Positions 40,319 to 50,559 of a stretch of 64,000 nt of DNA are shown in pieces (positions within the stretch are counted from its first letter, which is position 1; every line of letters begins with the position of its first letter). A model generated the notes under the pieces. That model had not been told where the DNA came from. It saw only the letters and a list, made by a program, of their open reading frames with translations, and made no database searches. The stretch spans positions 1,792,001 through 1,856,000 of the forward strand of contig CBDCCK010000002.1 in the NCBI GenBank assembly GCA_965214835.1. Direction: 5' to 3'. The position numbers and the translations under genes were made by a program. The DNA comes from Nitrosopumilaceae archaeon (lineage in GTDB: Archaea; Thermoproteota; Nitrososphaeria; Nitrososphaerales; Nitrosopumilaceae).

Positions 40319-41248
40319 GTGGCAATAGAGCGGCTGGGATGCGAGGAGATCGACCCCAGTCTCATATTCAGGAGCCGCTCGGAGGCAAGACAGCAAAAGG
40401 TAGATGTGGATGTGGGAGAGCTTGCCGCAAGCATAAGGTCGCAGGGCCTGTTGGAGCCAATACACTTAGTAGAGATCGAAGGGGGCAAAAGCTACGAGCT
40501 GATAGACGGCCAGAGGCGGTACCTGGCATTCTTGATGCTCGGGAAAGACAGCCCCCAAAGGTTCTCAAGGATTCCAAGCTTTGTATACAAGAACACCATG
40601 GAGGACTGGGAAAAAAAGACAATGTCGCTACATGCAAACCTCTCCCGGGCCCCGCTTACAGACAGCGATAAGATAAACGCGACTACCGTAGTCTACAATC
40701 ACTTTAACAGCATAAGAAAGACGGCAGAGGCCACCGGGTTCTCAGAGTCTGCTATCAGGAGACACGTGCACGCTGCACGCCTGCCAGAGGAGCTAAGGGA
40801 CAGAGTGGAAGAGGGCCACATCTCCGTCAGTACAGCCCTAGAGACGGCGGATCTGTACGGATACGATCCGGGAGATCCCAAAAAGGCAGACATGGCAGGC
40901 ATGCTATCTGTGGCCGAGGCCATGCAAAAGCTTGCAGTAAGGCAGAAAAGACACGTCAGGGAGATAAGGCAGGAACACCCAGATAGGGACATGCACGACA
41001 TAATCTCGGATGTAAAGTCCAAAAGACGCACCAAGTACGACATTACGGTTACGGTTGAATCCGACACCATGGAGAGGATCGACGCCTACAGGGAGAGAAA
41101 CAGGACTAGGACGACTCTAACTGCCGCGGCGGATCTCATACAGGACGGTTGGCCTCAAACGAGATGTGATCATGCTGCACGACACCCGGCGGCTGGCAGG
41201 GCCCAGAGCTCAGCATGGGGACTAGGACGCACGGCCAAAGGTTCATGA
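40319..41248 (+). CDS. ParB/Srx-domain protein with HTH (3' end probably frameshifted)
   Basis: ELAASIRSQGLLEPI, LIDGQRRY, ANLSR, HTH AEATGFSESAIRRH. Confidence 0.8.
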   Translation: MAIERLGCEEIDPSLIFRSRSEARQQKVDVDVGELAASIRSQGLLEPIHLVEIEGGKSYELIDGQRRYLAFLMLGKDSPQRFSRIPSFVYKNTMEDWEKKTMSLHANLSRAPLTDSDKINATTVVYNHFNSIRKTAEATGFSESAIRRHVHAARLPEELRDRVEEGHISVSTALETADLYGYDPGDPKKADMAGMLSVAEAMQKLAVRQKRHVREIRQEHPDRDMHDIISDVKSKRRTKYDITVTVESDTMERIDAYRERNRTRTTLTAAADLIQDGWPQTRCDHAARHPAAGRAQSSAWGLGRTAKGS

Positions 41249-41949
41249 CTTTGGTGGAGGCGGCACCTGCAATGCGGGATCTTGCATAGGCGACCTGGTA
41301 CTCCCTTAAAGTCCCGACTGGCAGGCTGGGGGTACATGCAGACCATACGCCGATAATAGAGTATGTCAGAAAGGCAGATCAAGGCATGTCGTGACCGACT
41401 ATGCGCGGATGGCAGGGAGTGGTGCTGGCTTGCCATACGGGAGATCGGCACGGGTGCGGTCGCAAGCCCAATGGATGTCCGGTGAGGGCACGCAGAGGCC
41501 CAGTTCACGAGCTCTATAAACACAGCAAGTCCAAAGCCTCGCATGAGATATGATGGGCAGCCGTCCCTACGAGGTAAAAAGGACGTACAAGTATGTCGTC
41601 AGCTTTTATCCGCAGATAAGGAACACAAAGAACCCAGATGCCGTCCTGTTTCGGCTGACCCTGACAAAGAATGAGCTCAAAAAACCTGCAAAGATCTCCA
41701 CATGACCTGCTCTGGAAGAATAGGATGCATCATGCCGATAAGGCCACCATCTTCTAATGCTGACAAGCATTGTGCAGAATACGAGGATGGAATGAAGGCT
41801 TTGCGCAGTACGGGTCAGGAAACACCACGTACGGCCACAAGATAGGATCATGCATCAACCTACATAAACCGGAGGAAAAACGAATGTTCTTTGACAGGTT
41901 TACAGAAAGCGGCGCGTCCGTATACCTAATCGGAGTAACCAACCTGTAC

Positions 41950-42025
41950 ACACAGCAAAAATTGCAACATAATTTTGACATATCGTGCCTATTTCGATAA
42001 GAAAATATCCCAATTTTCAACTGTG
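41950..42025. mobile_element. Small MITE-like element (empty form of the one split by the ISH3-like IS at 3937)
   Basis: attgcaacataattttgacatATCGTgcctatttcgataagaaaatat matches 3911-3936 joined to 5310 onwards; imperfect cacag...aaattg ends. Confidence 0.7.
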
Positions 42026-42170
42026 CACACTGCCTGTGGGTTTTTTGTCAACTTCTCGACTAACCTCATGGTTTGTACCGACTCGGTATTTTGATCCGTC
42101 AGGTACAGATTTGTGCCCAAATGGGCCAAAACTTGTCAATTGCGAATCGCTTCTCAGGCAAAGTCCACAC

Positions 42171-42644
42171 CTAGATCAAATCCCTCCATATTCCCGTAAA
42201 CTCGTCGCTGGGTACGACCGTCACTATCCTGATCTCCCCCAACGGCACAGGATCACCTGCCCTGTCATAATATCTGTAGGTGGCCTCAGACTCTGGCAAA
42301 AAGACAACCTGCCCTGATTCTCCAGGCAGCAGCACCTCCGTCTCCAGCTCCAGTCCGTCAATGTAGAGCCGGTGTGCGAGATCGTCGTCGTTGGTAACCG
42401 TCAGCACATACCAAAAGCCTGTCCTTGAGATGAGCGTGGGGTTTACCCCCTTGACCCCCTTTGTCGCAACTATTGCCAGCTCCCCGCCTATCTTTTGAAA
42501 CGAGACGTGCTGCACGACCCTTTCTGGGTAAAAGATCTCCGCCTGCCTGACGCTGCCCTGGCCTATAAACACCACCAATATGGCCAGTCCGATCACTCCT
42601 GCCACCAGTCCTGCAGCAATGATGCCCCTGTCGGTCTTTTTCAT
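42171..42644 (-). CDS. Membrane-anchored cupredoxin-like protein
   Basis: N-terminal TM; VNPTL, VTNDD..AHRLYIDGL, LLPGES, ATYRYY; Cys copper ligand absent. Confidence 0.65.
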   Translation of the reverse strand: MKKTDRGIIAAGLVAGVIGLAILVVFIGQGSVRQAEIFYPERVVQHVSFQKIGGELAIVATKGVKGVNPTLISRTGFWYVLTVTNDDDLAHRLYIDGLELETEVLLPGESGQVVFLPESEATYRYYDRAGDPVPLGEIRIVTVVPSDEFTGIWRDLI

Positions 42645-43006
42645 GTCGGTGCGCCGGATCCTGATTGGCGCTCTGGCCTTTTATACCTCGTGTACAGAGC
42701 CGGATGCCTGCCGATCCCACAGCATCAGAACCCTGGCCGCGGGGATCCCATGCTGCAACCCACTGCAAGCCACACCAACACCACGGCAGCGTCTTACCTT
42801 GTCTGCACTGTCATCTGCCACGGTGGAAGGTGCGGTCTTGCCCAGTATGTGTCGGCGGCCGTCTTGGCCCGTCCTCCGGTCCGCGGCGTGTCCCGGTCTT
42901 GTACTTGTGTGGTGGCCCGCTGTTCCTGGTGCGGTCATGCCAGAACCCCGGAAATGGCTGGGGGCGTAGAGGCAAGCCGGGCCTCACCACTAAAAGACAT
43001 TATACA

Positions 43007-43849
43007 TCATGCCGAAAATCGGCATACCTCTATCCAGCCACTTTTTCTGGTCTTGAAATAGCGGTTCTTACCAGTCCTGTTTTTTTCCATCCCCTTCATT
43101 TCATAATGGCCGGTAACAACCCCGTCAATCCTCCTCACATGTGCCTTGATGCCTGCAACGTTGTACCTTGTAATCTGTGCCAAATCAAAGTCTGCAGAGA
43201 TGATATGAAACACCTGGTCCGCAATGCCGGCACGGCTCTTTTGAACATCGCTGCCCGGCAGCAGGTATTCCAGAATGACCTGGCTGCTCTGATCCACCGT
43301 GCCGAACCTCTTGATCATGCCCCATAACTTTTCTGCTGCCAGATAGTACGATATGCCCTCTAGTATGATCAACGTCTGCCGGTTCCTCCTCCACCCGGCC
43401 TCGGCCAGCCCCCTCATCACCGTATTGGGCCTTGAAATGTCCGCCGTAATGCAGCAGATGCGTCTGCCCAGCGACGGATCAGTCCTCTTAATCAGGCCTG
43501 ACTTTGCCCCCATGTTCTCAAAATCCACCTCAAAAACCCTCGTTTTTTGCGATGACTGGCAGACCTCAAGCGACAGGGGATCCATGCCTGCACCTAGGAT
43601 TACCACCTGCTCTGCGCCTTTTTCAACGGTCTCCCTGGTCAGCCTCAGGATGCAGTCCTTTCTGTTCTTGATTACCTCCCCGTAGTGCGGCCATACCTGG
43701 TTGCATCTTGATAACAGCCCCCTGCCTGGGCCGAGCTCTAAGTCTTTTAGATATTTTTTGGCAAGCGCACCCCTGTGTATTTTTCCGTCCGCCCACAGCA
43801 GTGCCAGTGCGGAGGTAGAGGAGATCCCGTGATGCTGCACTGGAAGCAA
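43007..43849 (-). CDS. SAM-dependent methyltransferase (leucine carboxyl methyltransferase-like)
   Basis: QVVILGAGMD, FEVDF, ADI, ILEGISYYL; exact start uncertain. Confidence 0.85.
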   Translation of the reverse strand: MLPVQHHGISSTSALALLWADGKIHRGALAKKYLKDLELGPGRGLLSRCNQVWPHYGEVIKNRKDCILRLTRETVEKGAEQVVILGAGMDPLSLEVCQSSQKTRVFEVDFENMGAKSGLIKRTDPSLGRRICCITADISRPNTVMRGLAEAGWRRNRQTLIILEGISYYLAAEKLWGMIKRFGTVDQSSQVILEYLLPGSDVQKSRAGIADQVFHIISADFDLAQITRYNVAGIKAHVRRIDGVVTGHYEMKGMEKNRTGKNRYFKTRKSGWIEVCRFSA

Positions 43850-43934
43850 TTCTGACGATCCATATAAGAATTCTTTGAGTTCTAGCCTGTTGAACACATG
43901 ATAAAAACGCCCCCGCCGTAGCCAGGGTGATGGA

Positions 43935-44040
43935 TCAACCCCTCGTTATGCATGTGCTTCGCGCACTATTTGTTGAATGGGGATATCCGAGCTGCTGTGT
44001 TCCTGTGCTACGCGCACTGATGGATGAATGCAGCTTCTGA
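43935..44040 (+). ncRNA. Predicted IS110 bridge RNA (target-binding and donor-binding loops)
   Basis: Two internal loops each capped by GTGC-n5-GCAC; guides match element flanks and ends. Confidence 0.75.
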
Positions 44041-44079
44041 TCTGTCAAACCATATCCAAAAGGAGGTGAAAGAAAAGGA

Positions 44080-45157
44080 TTGAGAAGCATAGGAATAGAC
44101 ATTGGAAAGAGAAAATGCGCAGTGTGCGTCATCGACGCCAAGGGACACGTGCTAGAGGAGGGCTCGTATAACAACACGTACAAGGAGGCATCAAAGCTTG
44201 CTGCACGACTGAAAAAAGAGTACAAAAAGTGCCAGGCCGCGTGCGAGTCAACGGGCAACATGTGGCTAAAGACGTTCAGGGCGTTTGAGGATCAGCATAT
44301 CCCCATACTGCTTGCAAACACCCTCAAGATGAAGATAGTATCAGAGACCAGCGCAAAGACTGACCCGATAGACGCAAGGAAGATAGCCGACACGCTCAGG
44401 GCCGGAATGATACCACGATGCTACGTGGCATCAGCAGAGCTGAGGGATGTCAGGGAGCTGATGGGGTACAGGATACGGATGGTACAGGAGAGGACCGCAG
44501 TCATAAACGGGCTGCACAGCTTGGCTTGACAAGTACGATATAGCCATAGATGCATCCACGATGTACTCCAAGAAGGCCATACGGAAGATCTCCGATACCA
44601 GGCTGAACATGCCAAACGATGACAGGATACTGGCAAGCTGCACTAGGAGGATTGTACACGTCACAGAGGAGATAGGCCAGGCAGGGGAGGACATAGGAAG
44701 ACAGGCAGGATCGAACGAGGATGCCAAGCTGCTGTTGAGCATGACGGGAATAGACACCTTTGCTGCAATGCTGCTGATAGCAGAGATCGGTGACATAACC
44801 AGGTTTCCATCGCCGAACCAGCTTGTGTCCTGGGCCGGCATGTGTCCCCGGGTGTACCAGTCGGGGGATCGCGAGTACCACGGCCACATGAAAAAGGATG
44901 CAAACCGCAGGATCAACTGGCTGATGATCCAGATAGTCAACGTCGCCGTACAGCACGACGACAGGATGAGGGAGTTCTACGAGAGGGTCCGCAAAAGGAA
45001 CGGCAACAACCACGTCATAGCGATAACGCATGTTGCAAACAAGATGCTCAGGATAATCTGGCACATGCTGACGACAAAGACTGCGTATTCATCGCGCAAT
45101 GCTGCCCTGTACGACAAGAAGATCAAGAGGGTGACAGAACTGGCGGGAACGGCATAG
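44080..45157 (+). pseudogene. IS110 recombinase, single frameshift near 44525
   Basis: IGIDIGK, CESTG, AKTDPIDA (DEDD); GMCPRVYQSG catalytic Ser motif; VANKMLRIIWHML. Confidence 0.88.
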
Positions 45158-45538
45158 GATTGCCACCTTCCATCCCCCACCCACCCACCCAATGATCCGC
45201 CCGCACCCTGGCAGGTGCGACAGGACTGGCTCGTGCGTATTGCTAGCGTTAGCTATAAAGCACAGCCCGGCCGACTAGGCACGGATCAGAAGACGAAAGG
45301 AACGTTGCCATGTTACTGGCGGGCGTTTTACCATGGATGCATAACCCTTCCTAAAATTTGAAACTTGACCAAAAATCACCCAAATTATCAACGGATCCTG
45401 ACCGAAAAAGTAATGGAATATGAGGATGCCACGTATGGTACTTGACACACACGGACAATGCCAAGTACGTAGAGAGGGGGGCAGGCCTAGTAGTCAAGTA
45501 CGACCCAGGCTGGGAGAATGATCTGAAGAATGCCAACC

Positions 45539-46681
45539 GTAGTATCTAGCTGAGATAATCGCTCATCTTGCAGATCTTGATCTCGCTCCTGCGCAGCATG
45601 ACGCGTATGGACTTCTGCAACTCGCCAGCGGTCTTGTAAAGGCAGTTTACAGTCGCCTTTTTGAACCCGCACCACTGCCCCTCTATCTTGTTCAGCTCCG
45701 GCGTGTACGGCGGCAGGAACCTTAGCATCACGTCGACATTCCATTCTGCCAGCTGCTCCCTGACCAGTGCTGCCCTGTGATACGATGCGTTGTCGACAAA
45801 CAGCAGCACCCTGCCGTACTTGCGGCGCGGCACCTTGAGAAACCTGATGAACGTGTACCTGTCGGCCTTTTTGTAAAAGCGGCAGTCAAGTCCGTTTGCC
45901 GACAGGGCCCCGATCGAATAGAACCTCTCCTTTGACAGGTTGGACGGCGCATAGACCGGGCCTTCCCACGGGATACCAGCTGTTCTTGACGTTCCACCCA
46001 AGGATGAACGAGGCCTCGTCCCCTGTCATTATCGTGTGCCCCCTCTTTGAATGGTGCCTTACGTGCCACCTAGCTTTTTTTTGAACTCCTCTTTCTCGGA
46101 TTCTGAGGCTGATTTGGGGTGTTTTGGGCGGGGGGGCTTTCTGCATGAAAAGCCCAGGCATGTGCAGTGTCTTGTATATGCTGGAGACGGCATAGTCTAC
46201 CTTGTATTTCTTTTTGATGTGCACTGCAAGCAGCGGTGCGGTCCACACCTCCGACTCGAATCCGCAGCTGCGCGGGCCCGCAATCAGGTCGGCGCACACC
46301 TGCTTGAGATTCCCTGCATCCGGCCACATCCTGGTGCCGGGCCTCTTGATGTCGTACCTGCCCTGTATGCCAAGCTGCATGGCCCGTATCAGCCAGTCGC
46401 GTATCGTAGAGTACCCCCGGCCAAGCTGCCTGGCTATCTGGCGTATCGAGTCGCCTTTTTTGCGCCGTATGTAGGCCATCAGCCTGGCTGCAGCCTTGGA
46501 GTCGGTCTCGTTTTTGTGCCTCTCAAGGAGGGACGGGGCCGAGACGTTGGGAAGAAACCTGCCCCCTATTGGTATCATCGAGTCGTCTGGTTTCATGCGT
46601 ATTGCCTCACTGTGTAGTATCTAGTTCCACTGGTGAAAATTTCTTGTCCTTTTTGTGATTGGTTACTACGCATAGTTACTA
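45539..46681 (-). mobile_element. IS630 family element, second copy, frameshifted
   Basis: High similarity to 5349-6490. Confidence 0.85.
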
Positions 46682-46772
46682 AGCCTTGCGGGAGTCATGA
46701 GCGCATCCTGCATGACCCGCACTCTGCCTCCCAAAATGAAACCATATTATTACGGCAGGGGTATCGGCAGGA

Positions 46773-47240
46773 ATGAGCCAGAAAAGCCCCGACGAGTCCG
46801 GGGCGGAGATGATTGTCAGAACCCTGCCCTCTGATGCCAATCCCGCTGGCAACGTGTTTGGGGGGGAGATACTCAGGCAGATTGATCTGGTGGCCGGACT
46901 GGTAGGTCAAAGGCATTCTCAGAAAAACACCGTGACTGCGAGCATGGATAAGGTGAGCTTTCTAAAGCCCGTATATGTCGGCAATGCCCTGATTCTAAAC
47001 GCAAGGCTGACATACGTGCACAGATCATCGATGGAGGTCGAGATCAGGGTGGAGGCCGAAGACATGGAAAAGGCAACTAGGACTGTCACCGGCACCGCAT
47101 ATGTTACGCTGGTGGCACTGGATCTTGACGGAAAACCCACACCCGTGCCCGGACTTGCCCTCAAAACGGATGAGGACAGGCAAAAGTTCGAGGAGGGCAG
47201 GGCAAGGATGGACAGGCGCATCGCCGAACGAGAATCCTGA
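46773..47240 (+). CDS. Acyl-CoA thioesterase (hotdog fold)
   Basis: PSDANPAGNVFGGEIL..ID, VTAS.D.VSFLKPV.VG, RSSMEV. Confidence 0.92.
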   Translation: MSQKSPDESGAEMIVRTLPSDANPAGNVFGGEILRQIDLVAGLVGQRHSQKNTVTASMDKVSFLKPVYVGNALILNARLTYVHRSSMEVEIRVEAEDMEKATRTVTGTAYVTLVALDLDGKPTPVPGLALKTDEDRQKFEEGRARMDRRIAERES

Positions 47241-47537
47241 TCCCGGCATTCTGCGCCGCGCCGCATCCCCCGTTTGACCCGCAGCCCCCTGACTGTCTCG
47301 AGGCAGTGCCGGGGCGCGTTTACAGGAATGAATGCGAGAAAGCCAAGGGCGCACTGCCGGCCAATCATGGCGGCCGGTTCCGCACCTGCTCTGCCCCGGG
47401 GAACGGCATCGGCACCCGGAATCGGGGCCCCTGCGATGCTCCGGTGGGGGGAAAGGCCGGGACAAACCCCGGATGGCGCAGTCAGATCCGGCCTGTGACT
47501 CGGAGGTGTCCAGAGACAGTCTGCCACCTCGGGCATA

Positions 47538-48824
47538 TCACGGCGACAGCCTGTCTGGATCCCTCGGGTACAGCACGACCTCCCTTACGTTGTCAATGCC
47601 GACCAGCGTGGTCATCACCCTGTCAAGTCCCAGCCCCCAGCCCGAGTGCGGCGGCATGCCCCAGTCAAACGCCCTGAGGTGATCCCCGAACTGGGCCGGA
47701 TCCAGGTTCTGCTCCTTCAGCCTTGACTTTAGGACCTCCGGATCGTGCAGCCTGGTCCCGCCAGATGACAGCTCGAGGTATCCAAACTGCAGGTCAAATG
47801 ATCTGGACAGTGTCGGGTCGTCGTCCTTCTCCCTGATGTAAAACGGCTTTAGTTTTTGCGGCCAGTCGGTTAGGAAGAAAAACCCCGGATGCCTTTGGCC
47901 GACCAGCCTCAGGTGCGAGTCCATCAGGTCATCCCCGAACTCCAGCCTTTGATCCATGGAGTTGAGCTCATCGACCAGTCGGGAGTACGTTATCCGCTCA
48001 AACGGCGCGTTTGGGGCCCTGATTTGGTGCCCTATTGCCTCCTGCTCGGCCCGGCAGTTTTCTGCAACGTGCCTGTAGACCTTTACCATGAGCGACTCTA
48101 AGACGTCCATGACGTCCGTATAGTCCATGAATGCCGCCTCTATATCCACGCTGGTAAACTCGGTCAGGTGCCTGCCGGTATGGGAGTTCTCTGCCCTGTA
48201 AAACGAGGATATCTCAAAGACCCTCTCGAGGCCCATGGTCATCTGCTCCTTGTATAGTTGCGGGCTCTGTGCCAGGTATGCCGTCCTTCCAAAGTATTCC
48301 AGCGAGAACAGGTTGGCCCCGCCCTCGCTTGCACTGCCGATGATTTTTGGGGTGTTGATCTCGATGAATTTCTTGTCTGCCAGCGTCCTCCTGAGCGACT
48401 GCAGCACGTGGTGCCTCAGCTTGAAGATAGACGCCGTTTTTTCATTCCGCATGTCCAGCGCCCTGGAGTTGAGCCTGTTGTCGATGCTGCTCTCCAGCCT
48501 GCCGATGGGATCAATCGGGAGCGGATGCACTGCCCTTGCCAGGATCTCAACCTCGTCTGCCCTGATCTCAAAATCAAAGTCACGCGCCCTTGTCTCCTGA
48601 ACGTCCCCGGCTATCTGCACGACGCTTTGCCTGTTGACCCCCTCGACCCTCTGGCCCAGCTCCCCCCTTGCGATAACCTGGATTATTCCCGTGACGTCCC
48701 TGACGGTCAGAAACGTCATTTTCCCCATCTTGCGAAGGTCCTCTATCCACCCGCATATGGTGACCTGCCTTCCGATAAGATCGGGGGTCAGCTCACCGAT
48801 GTCATGTGACTTGCCAAACATCAT
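47538..48824 (-). CDS. aspS: Aspartyl-tRNA synthetase (archaeal, probably non-discriminating)
   Basis: OB fold, SEGGANLF, YLAQSPQLYK, YRAE..HT.RHLTEF, GMPPHSGWGLGLDR, PRD..RLSP. Confidence 0.95.
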   Translation of the reverse strand: MMFGKSHDIGELTPDLIGRQVTICGWIEDLRKMGKMTFLTVRDVTGIIQVIARGELGQRVEGVNRQSVVQIAGDVQETRARDFDFEIRADEVEILARAVHPLPIDPIGRLESSIDNRLNSRALDMRNEKTASIFKLRHHVLQSLRRTLADKKFIEINTPKIIGSASEGGANLFSLEYFGRTAYLAQSPQLYKEQMTMGLERVFEISSFYRAENSHTGRHLTEFTSVDIEAAFMDYTDVMDVLESLMVKVYRHVAENCRAEQEAIGHQIRAPNAPFERITYSRLVDELNSMDQRLEFGDDLMDSHLRLVGQRHPGFFFLTDWPQKLKPFYIREKDDDPTLSRSFDLQFGYLELSSGGTRLHDPEVLKSRLKEQNLDPAQFGDHLRAFDWGMPPHSGWGLGLDRVMTTLVGIDNVREVVLYPRDPDRLSP

Positions 48825-49339
48825 TGCCCCCTGACCTCCTCAAACTCAATATCGATCTCCAGATCCCTTGCATTTTTTACTATTTGCTTTACCTTGTCTA
48901 GGTCAACTGGAAACTTGGGCGTCCATCTGCCCAGCACGACTGCCTTTGTCTTTTGGATCCCGCCCGGTGCCCAGACCGAGTTGATTGACAGGATTTTTGT
49001 CGGAAAGAGCAGATCCTCGATGAACCTTTTGTCTCCCTCCTCTGACTCTACGAGCCAGATCTTGCCTGGGAACTGATCCTGAATCAGGCGGTACAGCGTC
49101 CTGCTCTGCCGGATTGTCAGGATGTCGTTTTTTTCAAGGTGGATCACGTAATTGCCATCCACCTCCCTGCACTTTTTCAAGGAAAAGCCGTCGATCTCCG
49201 GGTTTTCCTTTGCCAGCCTTGCCAGAATAAAGGCCGCATCGATGTCTGCCCTGGTAAGCGCTCCTGACTCTACCTTTGACTCGCACTGCGGACACAACAC
49301 CGCGTTTTTTGCATCAAACCCGCATATTGGCAGCATCAT
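48821..49339 (-). CDS. Archaeal NusA-like protein with N-terminal zinc finger
   Basis: MMLPICGFDAKNAVLCPQC N-terminus; overlaps aspS start; the longer ORF call is read-through from an IS remnant. Confidence 0.75.
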   Translation of the reverse strand: MMLPICGFDAKNAVLCPQCESKVESGALTRADIDAAFILARLAKENPEIDGFSLKKCREVDGNYVIHLEKNDILTIRQSRTLYRLIQDQFPGKIWLVESEEGDKRFIEDLLFPTKILSINSVWAPGGIQKTKAVVLGRWTPKFPVDLDKVKQIVKNARDLEIDIEFEEVRGQ

Positions 49340-49391
49340 TGGAATCGATTTATCCCTCCGATTCTGCGGCATATATCCCTTGGTACAAAAC

Positions 49392-50204
49392 CAGCCAAGT
49401 GAAAAGTACCCCGATCTGGCATCAGGGAATGGGGCTTGGACTCCCTGAGATAATCTGTCATACACTCCTGAAATACCGGGCATTGTCATGACGTTTTGCA
49501 CTCCGGGCCCCTCGCTGAGCAGCGCCCTGGCAATCATCCACTCGTTGAAGCTCATCATATAGTAAAAGCACAGCATCCTGGCTGCCAGGTCGACGGTCCG
49601 GGTCTTGGCCCTGCACTCCTCTACCCTAGCGTATCCGGTCTCGATTCCCCATCTTGAGGAGTACGACTCGATCCTGATTCCGGGCCGGTTCGTTGCAAAC
49701 CCGATGAACTTTTTCTCCGGCTTTTCCTCCTCTGCCGCGTCTGTCTTGTTTCCATTCCCGGACTTTTTTCTCTTCGTTATTACCATGAAATACGCAGCCG
49801 AGTTGGTATTGTTCCCGATTATATTTTTGGATACTGCGGGCCTGTCCCTGTGTGCAAACTCGTTTAGCACTGCGACTATATTGCCCGTGTTCCTGCACGG
49901 CATCAGGAACCTGACATTCCTTTTCTGTAGCATGGCAATCACCTCGACTGAGAAGAACTCGCGGTCAAGCAGCAGGAGGCGCACCTTGATGCCGGCCCGC
50001 TCAAGCCGGTCAAGGATCAAACCGGCAGATTCAGGCACGGAATCGAGCCTTTTTACGTGCAGCACGCCCAGTGTCAGGCCCAGCCCGTCGTCGACGCACT
50101 GTACGGTGACGTACCGCTCGGCATATGTCGTCCCGTCCTTTTTCTTCTGGCGCGACAGGTTCTCGTCGGGCCTTCTGTCATAGCGGGAGATCTTGTGCAT
50201 GTCT
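49392..50204 (-). pseudogene. ISH3-like transposase 3' remnant
   Basis: LLLDREFFS, YSSRWGIETGY; end cagccaagtgaaaagtacccc resembles the TIR at 3937. Confidence 0.8.
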
Positions 50205-50207
50205 ATT

Positions 50208-50287
50208 AGCCTTTATGCGTAATCGGTTCAGATCTAGGATTATTACGAACAAATTCATCTCATTCAGATCGATTACGCATAAAGCCT
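50208..50287. mobile_element. MITE family A
   Basis: TIR ctttatgcgtaatcg, TSD ATT. Confidence 0.8.
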
Positions 50288-50322
50288 ATTATTGAAATTC
50301 CAATAAAGCGGATAGAATAGTA

Positions 50323-50415
50323 GTACGGGGTCACCTACCCTCATCAGCCAGGCACGAATCAGCATGCATGATTGTGATTTTCGTGCCTAGATAGCAGGGG
50401 GACGTGACCACATAC
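50323..50415. mobile_element. IS66-derived MITE family D
   Basis: Colinear with 12597-12689. Confidence 0.75.
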
Positions 50416-50559
50416 GTTTTCAGTTATAGGCACTACGCATCATCAGGAAGTCTAGAGTACGGATCAAAAAGCCCCCGATCCGGGCCGAGTACGGCTGCAG
50501 GTCAATCGGAACTGCACGTATCCTAAACTTAATGAGGGTGCAAACGGAGGCAGTATACG

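Larger units (their letters stand above)
43891..45339 (+). mobile_element. IS110 family element with TG core and subterminal inverted repeats
   Basis: Core TG at 43891-43892 and 45338-45339; IR catgataaaaacgccc / gggcgttttaccatg. Confidence 0.8.

Noticed and set aside
47241-47537. GC-rich intergenic region as SRP or RNase P RNA
   Set aside because: No RNase P GAGGAAAGTCC or SRP helix-8 motif found; a gactgtctc/gagacagtc inverted pair suggests a decayed mobile element.
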